A stretch of 63,702 nucleotides of DNA, the filler included, from Atractiella rhizophila (lineage: Eukaryota), in assembly GCA_021432655.1 (NCBI GenBank). It is 5 parts of 5 records of this genome, joined end to end, with 100 filler letters (N's around TTAATTAATTAA, not from the genome) between each part and the next. Parts side by side here need not be neighbours in the genome. Positions count along the whole stretch, not along the records: positions 32,923 to 49,259 come from MU271906.1; positions 49,360 to 60,949 come from MU271936.1; positions 61,050 to 63,702 come from MU271977.1; 2 more parts are not named here. One strand, given 5' to 3'. Within the stretch, counting starts at the first letter, position 1; every line of letters begins with the position of its first letter. Below, in pieces: positions 46,081-61,940 of the stretch. Both the position numbers and the translations under genes were made by a program. A model generated the notes under the pieces. That model saw only the letters and a program-made list of their open reading frames with translations, did not search any database and was not told where the DNA came from.

Positions 46081-49000
46081 GGCGAAGCCGTGTACGACTT
46101 CCTTCGTCACTCCATTCCTCCCTCCAGCTATACCAACTCAAATAACTCGGACAACTTGAACAATGAGGATGGAGGTGGAGCAAGGGATGGAGTGTGTGAG
46201 GAGATGCGGTGGAGGGACTTACCTTCTATCGTTGCGCTGGTCAAAGATCTCCGAGTCAAAGCGGCTTCCAACGCTCGCACAGTGGGCGGTGAAGCTGAAA
46301 CAGCGGTGCTGGCGAAGGACAAGGAAGGAGCAAAGGGAAAGGGAAAGGGAAAAGGAACGGGGAGAGGAAGGAAGAGGAAGATCGATGCCGTCGATGGAAA
46401 TCCGGAGGAGAGAAAGGAAGTAGGAGGAGGGAAGAAACGTCTTCTTCCCCGACTGGTCGAGTTGTCCTTCCTCCTCTCGAACCATTACATCCGTCTCCAA
46501 TACCGTCTCCGTCCATCCTCTCATCCCTCACCCTCACCCTCAACACCGACACCAAGCTCTCCGTCCACCTCGAACACAACAACACCGAATCCAAGACCAC
46601 AAACAGCTACAGGAACGGGAACGGGAACGGGCACGGGAACCCTCCACCTCCTCCTCTACCTCGTCCCCCACGACCTCCCCCACCTCTCCTCCCTCCTCTC
46701 CTCCGCCCGCCCCTCCCAGTCTTACGCTTACGCTTACGCTTACGGCGTCCACGGAGCCAGAGGCGAGAGCGTGCAGAGGAAGGCGAGGGCTTATTTGAAG
46801 GATTTGTTGTCTGAGACCGTATTGGGCTGGTTTGAGCATGAGGAGGGGGCTAGGAAGGTGTTGGAGAGGGATAGGGTGCGTTTTTTGATTTCTTTTGATT
46901 TTGTTCCGTTCTAGATTCGTCATCCTATCCTCCATCCTTTTTTAAGAGAAAGAGACATCAATCCTCTCTTTGACGATAGACGTTTTACAGCGCAGGAACC
47001 AAATCTTTTCGTTGCTTCTGAATTTTAGAGAGGTACCACTTTCGTTCTCCGTACCGCCGTCTCAATAATCATTTAGTGAAGAAGAATTATTCTATCCCAT
47101 GTTCAGGTCTGTCATAAGGATCCGAGTCACGTTGTGATCCTATTCGTTGATCATATTACAGTATTTCTCTCCAATAAAACCACTTTTAGTTAAGGATCCA
47201 TTCTATTCTGCTCGTGATATACAATGGAGACGACGAACAGAATCATACTTTGTTAATCCTGTTCGGTTAGGGATAAGGATCATATCGTCTCTCTCTTTAG
47301 TGACAGATCCTTTTTCGAGCTGAGGGATCACATATTGTTAGGCTGCATCAGAGACGTCCTAATCTTTCAGTGACAAGGATCATATTACCTTCTCGTGGGA
47401 GTAGATTCCTTTGGAGACGGGTAATTACGCATTTGCTGCTCGTGATTCTCGTATGTGATGGGATGAACTGTCGTCTTGACGTTCTAGATATGGATATCCT
47501 ATTCTTTGAGAGATGAAAATCATCTTGCCTCTCTCTTCAGCCATAGACCATCGTTAGGGACGAGGGTTACGTCGTTTCCCGCTCGTGAATCTCGTTAGAG
47601 ACGACGGTTTGACTGCTTATTGCTTAGAGATTTTCCCCTCTCTTTTGTGAGTGATCCTCTATGGACATTCGGCATTATATCATTCCCTTTTCAGCATTTT
47701 TGTAAAAGATGTGGACCACACGACTTTATGTCCTTTTAGAAATATTTCGTCACTTCTATTTATTCCTTTGGAGAAAAGATCGGACTACCTCCCTTTTTCG
47801 CGCTAACTGCTTTTTCTCTCGATTCTCTATAGGGAGACGACTAGGAGCGATTGCTTCTGACCTAAGAATTTTGTTCCCAAATGTTTATCGTGTCCGATAA
47901 ATATGATATCAAAGAAAAGAATTTATAAGTGTGCTGCATCGCGGCATCTCACGATGGCTTCTACCGAAAGAGAATGCTCTTGCAACTGTATTTAAGGAAT
48001 CGGAGAAATATCTTAATTATTTGATGTGGACGGCTAGGACCCGAAGTCGCTCTTGGAGATCTACAATGGCCTGCCGTCTCCTTCTCCCTCTCTCCCGCAC
48101 CTCTCCCATATATTTCCCCCCTCCCCACCATCTAACGCCATCCATCACCGTGCGCTACATCCCTCCTCCTCCTCCGCATCCTCCTCCGCCGATACAGCCC
48201 TCTCTCAAATGAAACTACGATCGGACCTTCGTACACTCCTTCGTTCAGAGCAGGGAGAGTGGGAGAGGGAACACGGGATACGGAGCGAGTTGTATGGTTA
48301 TCAGAGAGGAAGTGTATTCGCTTTGAGGGTGAGAGAGGCGGGGACGGAGTGGAGGGTCGATCCGAGGTGGAGGTGGGTCGAGATGTTGGAGAATGAGGAA
48401 AGGGATGAGTCGGAGCGGATGGAGGTGGATCCTAAGGACCCTTCTGTGGATTCTAAGTTGAATGGGATGGCGACAAAGAAGAAGGGCTACTGGTTGGATG
48501 AGAACTTGATGTGCCATTTGAATCCTCAATACTTCATGGACAGTCGTGGAGGTATCTTGTATGTTCCATCTGCTTTCTTTCCTTCGCCGACCTCGATACT
48601 AACTCAGTTTCTTTGATGTGGGAAAGGTGCGACGAGATGGGAACCGGAAAGACATTCATATCCCTCGCACTCATCATGTCCACCAAAGGCTCTCTCGCCG
48701 ACATCACGGACGTCCAACGGGAGGCTCCCTTCTTCCCAAAGCCGGTTGTCATGAGCGATCTGTCTGCGTCATGGGGGTTCAAAGAATACGTAGAGGAACG
48801 ATCCAAAGTGGGATTCGAAGACGTGACACACGCCCAAGAGCAGAGGAAGGTGAGGATTCCGAGTCTACGACATTTAGCGGCGCATCGTCTGTTGTGCTCA
48901 GGGAGGGAGACCAACCCTTTGGAAGGCGTGGATAAGGAACGGATGCGCGGGATGGAAGTGTCGAATGTGATCAAGGAGCTGGAGTCGAATCCACCTTATT

Positions 49001-49259
49001 ATTTCCTGCCCTATGTTTCTCGCCTCGGATACACTTACAACGTCAACCCGACCTCCATTTCCTCCACACGCACTCCAACCCCGACACCCAAGGTGCGCGG
49101 TCAACCTGCTACTCCAGAGTACAGGAAGCTGTACGTCTCAAAGACCAACCTGGTCATCGTCCCGTCGAATTTGGTAGTACAGTGGAAGGAAGAGATCGCG
49201 AAGCACATCGTGGAAGGCGAGCTAAAGGTGTTTGTGTGGGCAAAGAAAGCTTTGCCTTC
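46081..49259 (+). CDS. SNF2-family (Rad5/Rad16-like) ATPase, partial
   Basis: DPKSLLEIYNGLPSP, LYGYQRGSV, RGGIL|CDEMGTGKTFISLALI (Walker A), TNLVIVPSNLVVQWKEEIAKH (motif Ia); first visible exon joined by a 1162-nt intron 46876-48037; truncated by gap and spacer. Confidence 0.8.
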
Positions 49260-49359
49260 NNNNNNNNNNNNNNNNNNNNNNNNNNNNNNNNNNNNNNNNN
49301 NNNTTAATTAATTAANNNNNNNNNNNNNNNNNNNNNNNNNNNNNNNNNNNNNNNNNNNN
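49260..49359. other. Artificial contig-joining spacer
   Basis: 44 N + TTAATTAATTAA + 44 N. Confidence 0.97.
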
Positions 49360-53273
<3,914 letters not shown>

Positions 53274-53735
53274 TATGGCTGAGTTACGCGGACACGAGTA
53301 TGATAACCTGGGAGTGACACAGAAGTGAGTGCTATAAAGAAAGAGCAGCTCAACCTCTGTTGCTGGGAGTGGCGTTCCGGAAGGAGATACACTATCCTGT
53401 AGTCTTCCTGTGATCCGCTTTGCATAATGCGGGATGCGCATTTTTTATAGGCGAATTAGATAAGCTCGTGTTTCCTTGCAACAAGGAACGAACGACGACA
53501 AGTCTCCATTCTCTCATTTCCCTTCAAACTCTCCTTCCACTTATAAGCAGCAGCGGGCTTGTTTCCTTCTTTTTCCCCTTTTCTCTTAAAAGCAGCGCTT
53601 TATCGTCTTCCTTTCAGTTCATTTCCACAAACTCTCCTCGACGGATTCTCCTCTTCTCGAAGCGACAGGTCTCGCGATTCATTTAGGCGGTTACGTGCTT
53701 GATAATTGTTAAGGCGTTGTCATTCCAAAGCAAGG

Positions 53736-54526
53736 ATGTCGTACTTCAATGCTCCCATTCTCCCCATCGCTAGGAACTCAAGTGAGCTCTTCTTTACATT
53801 ATGTAGGGCTGCGTGAATGAAATGTTGCATGAAGGCGAGCTTGTGATCGAAGTGGATTCGAGGAACCCTTTCCCTCCACCTCCATACGAGCTCTTGGGAG
53901 CGGTATGTCTTCTTAACCAATCCATCACCACCTGAACTCGGCAGCAGGTGTCGGACCCAGTGTATCAAGAGCGAATGAACAAGATCATAGGCTATCTCAA
54001 ACGCTACAGCTGGTCGCTCTTCGAACGCATCTACCTCACCCTCGCCATCATCATCACCATCGCCGTTCCCTGGCCCGTCATCTTCTTCGTCCAAAAGGCC
54101 TTCACCGACGACATCGACACGACCAACAACGATCGAACCCCAGGCGGAGCGATCATCTTCACAGAAGACCAAGTGAGGAAGTTCTACGAAGCCCGTCTCG
54201 CATCCTTCGGCGTCCTCGTCGGAATCATCCTCGTCACTTGGGGTCCTTACCTCATAACCAAGTTCCTCACCGTCAGGAAATTGAACGTCCTCCTCGCAGG
54301 CTTTACTGCGGCCGACTGTTCGAAGGAGAGACCGGCGGAGGTCCATTTGAGATGGGCTGTCAGGAGTTCGAGCACGTTTAGACAGAGAGCGCAGGTCGTC
54401 ATCACCCTTCCGTTGTCGTTTAGAGGAGTTGGAGTGTCCACTTTCCACCCGAACGCTTATTTGCCTGCCTATGTGGCCCAACCAGGGATGTGGCAGGGAG
54501 TCCCGATCGATGAGAAGAGGAATTAG
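53736..54526 (+). CDS. Uncharacterised two-pass membrane protein
   Basis: Main exon has two hydrophobic helices (IYLTLAIIITIAVPWPVIFFV; FGVLVGIILVTWGPYLI) and coding-like codon usage; 5' exons tentative. Confidence 0.55.
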
Positions 54527-54825
54527 ATCCTGTTCTGTTTCTGTCTGTGCATTGGAGCGGAACGGAAGGCAAATGATGGGGAGAGGAGCCAGAGTCTGCC
54601 GACTTTGATTACCACTGGTTTCGTTGCGAGTTTGTTTTGGAGGAGCTTTGTTTGATATGGGATGTACCAATATGGTATCGTGCACCGTCGTTTCGTTCCC
54701 AAACCTCCAAATCCGCTCAATTGCAAATCCGCTCACCTTCGATAGAGATTTCCAAAAGGTACACAGAGTAAGTCCTACCAGTAACAACGATGCAGGAAGC
54801 GTAAGAAAAAAGGAGAAGAACAGAA

Positions 54826-56428
54826 TCAGAACAGCCTTGACTTGCCCTTCCTCTTCTCAGCCATCAATCCCAACCTCTTCCTCTTATCCGCACTTGACGG
54901 CTCCATCAAATCTGGCTTCGGAGGCAAAGAGGCACCATCAGCCGCCCTCAATTTCCCCCTCGACTTCTTCGGTGTCGCAATGACATCCTCTTCCTCTTCT
55001 TCCGAAGTACCGACTACCTCCTTCCGTTTCCTCTTCCCACGCGTGGGATTGGGGAGAGCGTCTTCCTCGTCCCCTCCTCCTCGCTTCGACATAGATAGTA
55101 AGGCGGAAGAGGAAGCGTGAGATGTTTGAGTATCCGCTACGTTTGTGTTTGGAACTTCTGCATCCATATCTCGCGCCCCAGCTTCTAACTCAGAGTCGTC
55201 AAGCGGTGGAAGACCGTCCATGAGTGATCCTTCCTCCATCTGCGTGTCTTCGATTTTTGGTGATGGTACACTCTCCTCTTGCTCTTCTCCATCATCTCCA
55301 TCATCGATAAAGGGCTCCCTTCTCTACGGTAAGTTTGTGTTCCTCTATGGTCACATAGGAAAGCGACGCACTCTTCTGGCTCGCTGTCATGCTGAACTTG
55401 TAATCTTCGCCATTCCATCGCCAAATCTACAAGTTTGTCCCACCGGCCGCTCTCTGTCATTTCCACTTCGACAACCTACAAACATCAATGGAATCAGCCT
55501 GAACGACAGGGAATCAGACACATACTTGAGACTCCACGTATTTCTTCCTACATTGTGGGCACTCAAAGGCATCAACCATCGGAAACCCTGCCCCGTCCTC
55601 ATCCTCATCATCCACCCTCAAAAACTTCACCTCCAACTCCTGACCCAACTCCTTAACGCGCACCATGCTCCTAGGCAACTGCGGTACACACTCCAAACAC
55701 ACGATATGATCGCATGGCAAGGACCCCGCTTGATGCTGACCCGACAAGTCGAGGCGCTCCATGCAGATAGGACAGTCCTCTTCGTCCCCTATTGTTGGCT
55801 GAGAGAGGAGGTTGGCGATACGTGAAAGCAGATTGCGCATCTGCCAGTAGGTGTCCTGCACTTCGACGGGCGTCGTACCTGATGGAGATGCAGCGCGCTG
55901 CGATGATATGGCGAGATCGCGAGCTTCGCGGGCTAGGGAGGAGGATTTGTACTGTTTTTGTAATATTAATCACAGAGGCGGAGGTTGGGATGCGACTGAC
56001 TTGTTTTAATTTGCGGTTTTGTTTTCTGTTTGTCTAAAGCGTGAATGTTGGTCAGGTCTCAACAACGATAGGAGGGGGGTTGGCACCTTCTCTAGCTCGC
56101 GTATCTTCTTTTCTAGCTCTGAAACCTTCTTACTGTTCGCTCTTCTCTCTTTTTGATTCGGAGCAGCAGCCTGTCAATCCTCGTCACTCTGGAGGTTGTT
56201 GACAGAAGTGTTCGAGGATAACGTACAGTCGTAACTTGTTCAAGTTCCCTTTGCTGGGCCTCTAGAGCGAGTTTGAGAGACTCATTCTCCTCTTCTAAAT
56301 CTGACAGCCTCTGGAGCAAAGCGTTTGCTTGGGCAGAGGCGGATTTGAGTAATTTCTGTCCATTTCGATTAGGATTTCTCACATTTAGACTCTCAAAGTG
56401 ATACGCACTCTGATGTCCTTCTCCCCAT
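54826..56428 (-). CDS. RING-finger (C3HC4-type) protein with N-terminal coiled coil and acidic/basic tail
   Basis: CPICMERL..SLPCDHIVCLEC...FECPQCRK; upstream exons LLQRLSDLEEENESLK; start codon tentative. Confidence 0.75.
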
Positions 56429-56594
56429 CTTCTATCCTTACTTTTGAAGTGCTGGCTCTAGCCATCGTCTTCGATCCCTTTGCTTGAAGATGTTAGTTTC
56501 ACTGTGATCAGCTTCTCCTCTGTGTAGTGATAATTCCGACAAGCTTCCGATTCTTCGTCCCCTTCACACCTTCACATCCAACCACCAAACCAAA

Positions 56595-57410
56595 ATGTTT
56601 TCTCGTGCCCTCCTCCGCCGCACTCCGCTCTCGCTCTCCATAACCACCACGCTCAAGCCCGTCGCTTTCCCAAGTCGGGTCGCTCTCTCCAGGGCTTTTT
56701 CAGCGACCGCAATTAAAAAGTCGGCGGACCACGGCCATGGTCACGACGCTCCTCCTCAACTTCTCGGACCTGGAGGCAGGGCCGGTGAGGTGCCTACCGG
56801 TGCGTGTTCCTTTATACTCCCACTTATGGCCCACTGGGAACGGATGAGAATGAGGTATTGATGATGTCGCTTCGTTGGGACGGTGTGGTGGTGAATGTAG
56901 ATTTCGAGCAGGCGACAGGTTTGGAGCGTTTCGAACTCCTCCACGAGATGGAGGGAGAGGAAGCTTTCGACCTCGCTCCGTTGAAGGTTGACAGGATGGG
57001 AACGATGGAGGACCCAATTAAAGTCTGGAGCTTGGTGCGTCCCTTCCTTGTCGTCTATGTCTCAGAATGGGCTGCAAGCTGAACATTTTGGCTGGTTGGT
57101 ATTGGGTGGATATAGGACACGGAAAGGATTGTAGGCTGCAACGGATTCCCCGTCGACTCTCACGACACCATGTGGATGACCGTCAGGTACAAGAGGAGGC
57201 CGTCTCGGTGCTTCGAATGTGGTTGCGGTGCGAAACATCGTCCCTCCATCCTTCTCCATCTCTTACTAACAGGGTTGTGGTGTAGTCTACTCTCTTGACT
57301 ACCATGGACCCCCTGTCCACGAGGAGGATTTGGCACCTGAAAAGACTTGGGCCAGCGTTCAGAGGGAGTATTTCGTAACATTAATCGCAGAGTCGGGTGG
57401 TGGGATGTGA
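56595..57410 (+). CDS. COX4: Cytochrome c oxidase subunit IV (COX5B family), copy 1 with chimeric C-terminus
   Basis: Mitochondrial presequence, GEVPTDFEQATGLERFELL, RIVGCNGFPVDSHD, RCFECGC; ends REYFVTLIAESGGGM* by reading across the duplication junction. Confidence 0.85.
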
Positions 57411-57845
57411 CTGACTTGTTTTAACTTGCGGTTTTGTTTTCTGTTCGTCTAAAGCGTGAATGTTGTCAAGTCTCAACAAAAAATAGGAGAAGGAGTTGGC
57501 ACCTTCTCTAGCTCGCGTATCTTCTTTTCGAGCTCTGAAACTTTCTTACTGTTCGCTCTTCTCTCTTTTTGATTCGGAGCAGCAGCCTGTCAATCCTGCT
57601 CAGGCCGGGGGTTGTTGACAGAAGGTGTTCGAGGACAACGTACAGTCGTAACTTGTTCAAGTTCGCTTTGTTGAGCTTCTATAGTAAGTTTTAGAGACTC
57701 ATTCTCCTTTTCTAAATCTGACAGCCTCTGGAGTAGCACATTTGCTTGGGCAGAGGCAGATTTGAGTAATTCCTGTCCATTTTGATTAGTCTTCCTTAAT
57801 TTGGATTCTCAAAATGAATACGCACTCTGATGTCCTTCTCCCCAT
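57371..57845 (-). pseudogene. Truncated copy of the 5' exons of the RING gene
   Basis: Homologous to 55956-56428 with many non-synonymous changes; ends inside an intron at the junction and lacks the RING domain. Confidence 0.7.
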
Positions 57846-58001
57846 CTTCTATCCTTACTTTTGAAGTACTGGCTCTACCCATCGTCTTCGATCCCTCTGC
57901 TTGCAGGTGTTAGTTTCACTGTAATCAGCTTCTCCGAGCATTCCGACAAGCTTCCGATTCTTCGTCCCCTTCACCCTTCACATCCAACCACCAAAACCAA
58001 A

Positions 58002-58792
58002 ATGTTTTCTCGTGCCCTCCTCCGCCGCACTCCCCTCTCGCTCTCCATAACCACCACGCTCAAGCCCGTCGCTTTCCCAAGTCGGGTCGCTCTCTCCAGG
58101 GCTTTTTCAGCGACAGCAATTAAAAAGTCGGCGGACCACGGCCATGGTCACGACGCTCCTCCTCAACTTCTCGGACCTGGAGGCAGGGCCGGTGAGGTGC
58201 CTACCGGTGCGTGTTCCTTTATATTCCTACTTATGCCCCATTGGGAACGGATGAGAGAATGAGGTATTGATGATGTCGCTTCGTTGGGACGGTGTGGTGG
58301 TGAATGTAGATTTCGAGCAGGCGACAGGTCTGGAGCGTTTCGAACTCCTCCACGAGATGGAGGGAGAGGAAGCTTTCGACCTCGCTCCGTTGAAGGTTGA
58401 CAGGATGGGAACGATGGAGGACCCCATTAAAGTCTGGAGCTTGGTGCGTCCCTCCCTTCACCTCTATATTTGAGAAGGACCTGGATGTTGAACATTTTGG
58501 CCGTTTGGTATTGGATGGATATAGGACACGGAAAGGATTGTAGGCTGCAACGGATTCCCCGTCGACTCTCACGATACTATGTGGATGACCGTCAGGTACA
58601 AGAGGAGGCCGTCTCGGTGCTTCGAATGTGGTTGCGGTGCGGACCATCGTCCCTCCATCCTTCTCCATCTCTTACTGACAGCATTGTGGTGTAGTCTACT
58701 CTCTTGACTACCATGGACCACCTGTCCACGAGGAGGATTTGGCACCTGAAAAGACTTGGGCCAGCGTTCAGAGGGAGTATCACAAACACTAA
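58002..58792 (+). CDS. COX4: Cytochrome c oxidase subunit IV (COX5B family), copy 2 with native end
   Basis: Same exons as copy 1; ends EKTWASVQREYHKH* (TAA 58790-58792). Confidence 0.92.
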
Positions 58793-59525
58793 ACGGTCGT
58801 CGAAGCATAATACGGACTGCTGGAGTCAAAACGTCCGAAGGATGGAGCTGAGCTGAGTAGTAGAGAGAGAACAAGAGTGTAACCCTCCAGTTTGCTTTGC
58901 AAGTTGATTTTCCCACATATCCTTTCCGAGTCTACGACACACCGCTCCCATCGTCAAGGTCATAATTGCGTTGGTTGGACGCCAAATCTTCTTGAGGGAC
59001 AAAGAAAGCGTACAAATTTTCATTGGAACTATGTGACGGCCAGTACGTAGCTGAGCACAGTACTTCATTACATCTTGACGTTTGACTGATCTCCAACCAT
59101 CCCGTCCATGCACGATGAAAAACTCGTAGACCACTCCACATCAAATCAAATCAAATCAACCAGATCAAGAAGAGGAGTAAGAGGGGAGGAGATAACTACT
59201 TAGTGAAACAGTACATATACTTATTGGTCCAACCTTAGTTTTGCTTCTGCTTAGAAGAAAGGTTACAGAAACTGACAGACTGAACTCGAAAGTTGTGAGT
59301 TGTGCCAACTTGGAGACCTTGTTAAAACAGCAAGCAAGCAAATCATCTCGTACACCGTGACTGCTAGCCAAAATCCCTGCGAAGACGAATAAAGAGAGTA
59401 TGATCGAGCCAAAGTACTTATATATCATGTCAGGCAAATTGAGCCCTCCAGGTGAATATGAACAAGTGCTTGAAACTTGAACTCAAAGCAAGCCGAAGAA
59501 ACCTACACACCAGCATAATCAGTAT

Positions 59526-60949
59526 TTACCGTACGGTATGAGATGGAAGGGGTTGTGAAGAGGATTGGAAGGGACGAGTATGCGAACCTAGTTCCTGCAA
59601 TTGAGCTCCATTCGGAGGCATGACTCCCATGTGCATTTCCGTCATAGGTCCGATGACTTGAGAAGGAGCGATGATCCCGTCCATATCATACAGTTCCAAA
59701 CCCTTCAAGAACTCATCACTAGTGTTCCCAAACACTTGCTGTCCCATGTTTGGATTATAATACGGAGGACTCGAGTGTTGATGTGGAGGATGTTGACCAG
59801 GGATTGAGCCGTAGGCAACACGATCAGGGGACTGAGGGCTCTGAGAATGAGAATGGTGGGAGAGGGTCTGATGTCCGCCCGGCGGGGTGAAAGGGACCGA
59901 ATTGGTGAGATAATGCGGCATGGGAGCGTTATAGATGGCCTCGACGACTTCTCGTAAGCTCCTAGCCTCGTACTTGAGATCCATCATGCTCTCGCCGTTC
60001 GCAAGTCGCAGGGTCTCGATGATGCCCCACCCTCGTTGTGCCCTCCTACGCTCCTCTTCATCCAACAATTTCCCCAACACGTCAACTGCCACCTTCGCAA
60101 TCGTCGAAACGTTTTCAACGCGTTTGAACCAGATAAAAGAATCGAGGGACTCGGAGCGATTCACGTCGAGCGATTCTGGAGTCACGTTTTGATTCGAGGA
60201 CAGACGATGGAGGTTCTCAACCATCAACACGATAGATGCAGAGAGGCATGAAAGCATGTTGTTATAAAGCTGTATACGACGCAGATTAGCCCGTATGTCT
60301 CACAAGGAGGGGATGGACGGACTCGATCTGCGCCTTCAAACGTTTGGCGAAGGGCTCTTTGAGCAGCGAGTATCGTTTTCGCGGCCTAGTTTTGCGTGAA
60401 CATGCTTCCCCATTATATGGTGATGAACGAACTTTGACACAAAGGTCCGTTGAGTAGCTGTACTTCCTATCCCTGTACCCAGCCTCCAAATAATGCCTAT
60501 GAGCACGCATTAAGCGATTTTCGAGGGCCATCACGATGAGGCAGCGCTGCCATGCTATATATGGTTTTTCCATGTCCAATTTACGAATGTGAGGATCGTC
60601 CGACCTCTCAAGCCTATCCGATATTACGAACCATTAGAGACTCTGTCTTTACTGCAATTGAACGATGACTGACTTAAAGTATTCTGGCAAACCAATCTTG
60701 AGCTCATCGATGACTTTGTCGAACTTTCGAACGGTCTCGTAATTATGCTTTCCTCCAGCTCCACCACCGACTTTACGCCAATTGTTATCTTGCTCCGTGA
60801 TTCTATTTAAGATGATCTGATATGAGGTCTGCGTGGGTGCCTCGATGGAACGATTGATGGGTGGATGCGCGGTGAGGTCATTGTCATCGCAATTTTGGAG
60901 GATGAATGTGGGGGAAGCTGTTTCCAACATTCAGCAACGCGACAGGTGG
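59526..60949 (-). CDS. Fungal-specific transcription factor (middle-homology region of Zn2Cys6 type), 5'-truncated
   Basis: NCDDNDL..PTQTSY..YETVRKFD..LPEYF..WQR..RLMRAHRHYL..Y.YS..CV pattern typical of fungal_TF_MHR, followed by a low-complexity tail; the Zn cluster is not in the window. Confidence 0.7.
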
Positions 60950-61049
60950 NNNNNNNNNNNNNNNNNNNNNNNNNNNNNNNNNNNNNNNNNNNNTTAATTA
61001 ATTAANNNNNNNNNNNNNNNNNNNNNNNNNNNNNNNNNNNNNNNNNNNN
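60950..61049. other. Artificial contig-joining spacer
   Basis: 44 N + TTAATTAATTAA + 44 N. Confidence 0.97.
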
Positions 61050-61081
61050 CAACTGGGAGTTGAAATTTGGTGGATGCGTAG

Positions 61082-61164
61082 GGTGCGCATATAAGGGCGG
61101 TGTGTGTGCCATGTGCGGGAAGCAGGTGCTGGATACAACGATGTATAAGCAGACTTCGAAGTAG
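61082..61164 (+). CDS. CRIPT: Last exon of CRIPT (cysteine-rich PDZ-binding protein homologue)
   Basis: After an AG acceptor: CAYKGGVCAMCGKQVLDTTMYKQTSK*, matching the conserved CRIPT C-terminus CAYxxGxCAMCGKxxLDTxxYKQ. Confidence 0.85.
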
Positions 61165-61940
61165 CTGATCCCTACTTCGAAGAAGGCAAATCCTGTTGCA
61201 TTTGTTGTATTATTGCTTGTTCTCCGTAACTATCCTCGATTTACTTGTATCATGCGTGACATTATTACCTCATATCAGGCTTGCTGGCAGACTAGTTCAT
61301 GCGTTTTATTTCAACGCCATTTGTTCATTGATGGAAGTGTCTACTCGTTCTCCAGGCTTCATGACTCTGAGGAAATATCCAAAATTCTCGCAGACTGGAA
61401 GAAAGCCCAGGCAAGCAGAGTTTGTGCAAGACTGCAAGACATACGTATCATCCTCACAATTCAGGTTCACGTCATTGAGCGTTTTCTTGAACCCTATTTT
61501 GGGCTTAGTTACCCTCCTGTATGCAACAACATCGTGACTGTTTTATTTCTCAAGTCTTAAGTTACGTGCTGGCTGTCGTCATTTCACCCACAAAGCCGCT
61601 GCACATTCACAAGGCGAGAGCACAGACCGAGAGAGCAAGTTAATGAAGGGCCCAGTGGAGAGGAGCAAACTATCGTGGGACGGGGTAAGCAAGCTCTCTG
61701 GTATTTCTCCAAGGTATTATTACTGCTCTCGAAGGAGAGTGAGAATAGGTGAACATTCCACAAAGAGTAGGAACACCTCGGCAGGTATACTAATAATAAT
61801 TCAGAGCAAGAGAGGCAGGCAGGCGGGGGTTGAATGGGGAGAAATACGAAGATGGGTGGACAAAGTGAATGAGAGCAGATAGCCAGAATGATTATTTCGC
61901 TTTCATTTCTAATGAGGTGGTGCACTGTCCGTGAAGAGGT

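Larger units (their letters stand above)
55956..58779. repeat. Direct tandem segmental duplication (~1.41 kb x2: 55956-57370, 57371-58779)
   Basis: Both units carry the RING-gene 5' exons, the shared promoter and COX4; junction at ...GAGGGAGTA|TTTCGTAAC; scattered substitutions and indels between copies. Confidence 0.93.

Noticed and set aside
45316..46183. Long ORFs across N gaps (also 62005-63129)
   Set aside because: They are made of X residues from unsequenced bases.
53720..54787. 355-aa minus-strand ORF, and similar long antisense ORFs at 3335-4171, 4784-5644 and 55145-55825
   Set aside because: They are shadows of real genes on the opposite strand, with no motifs or splice support.
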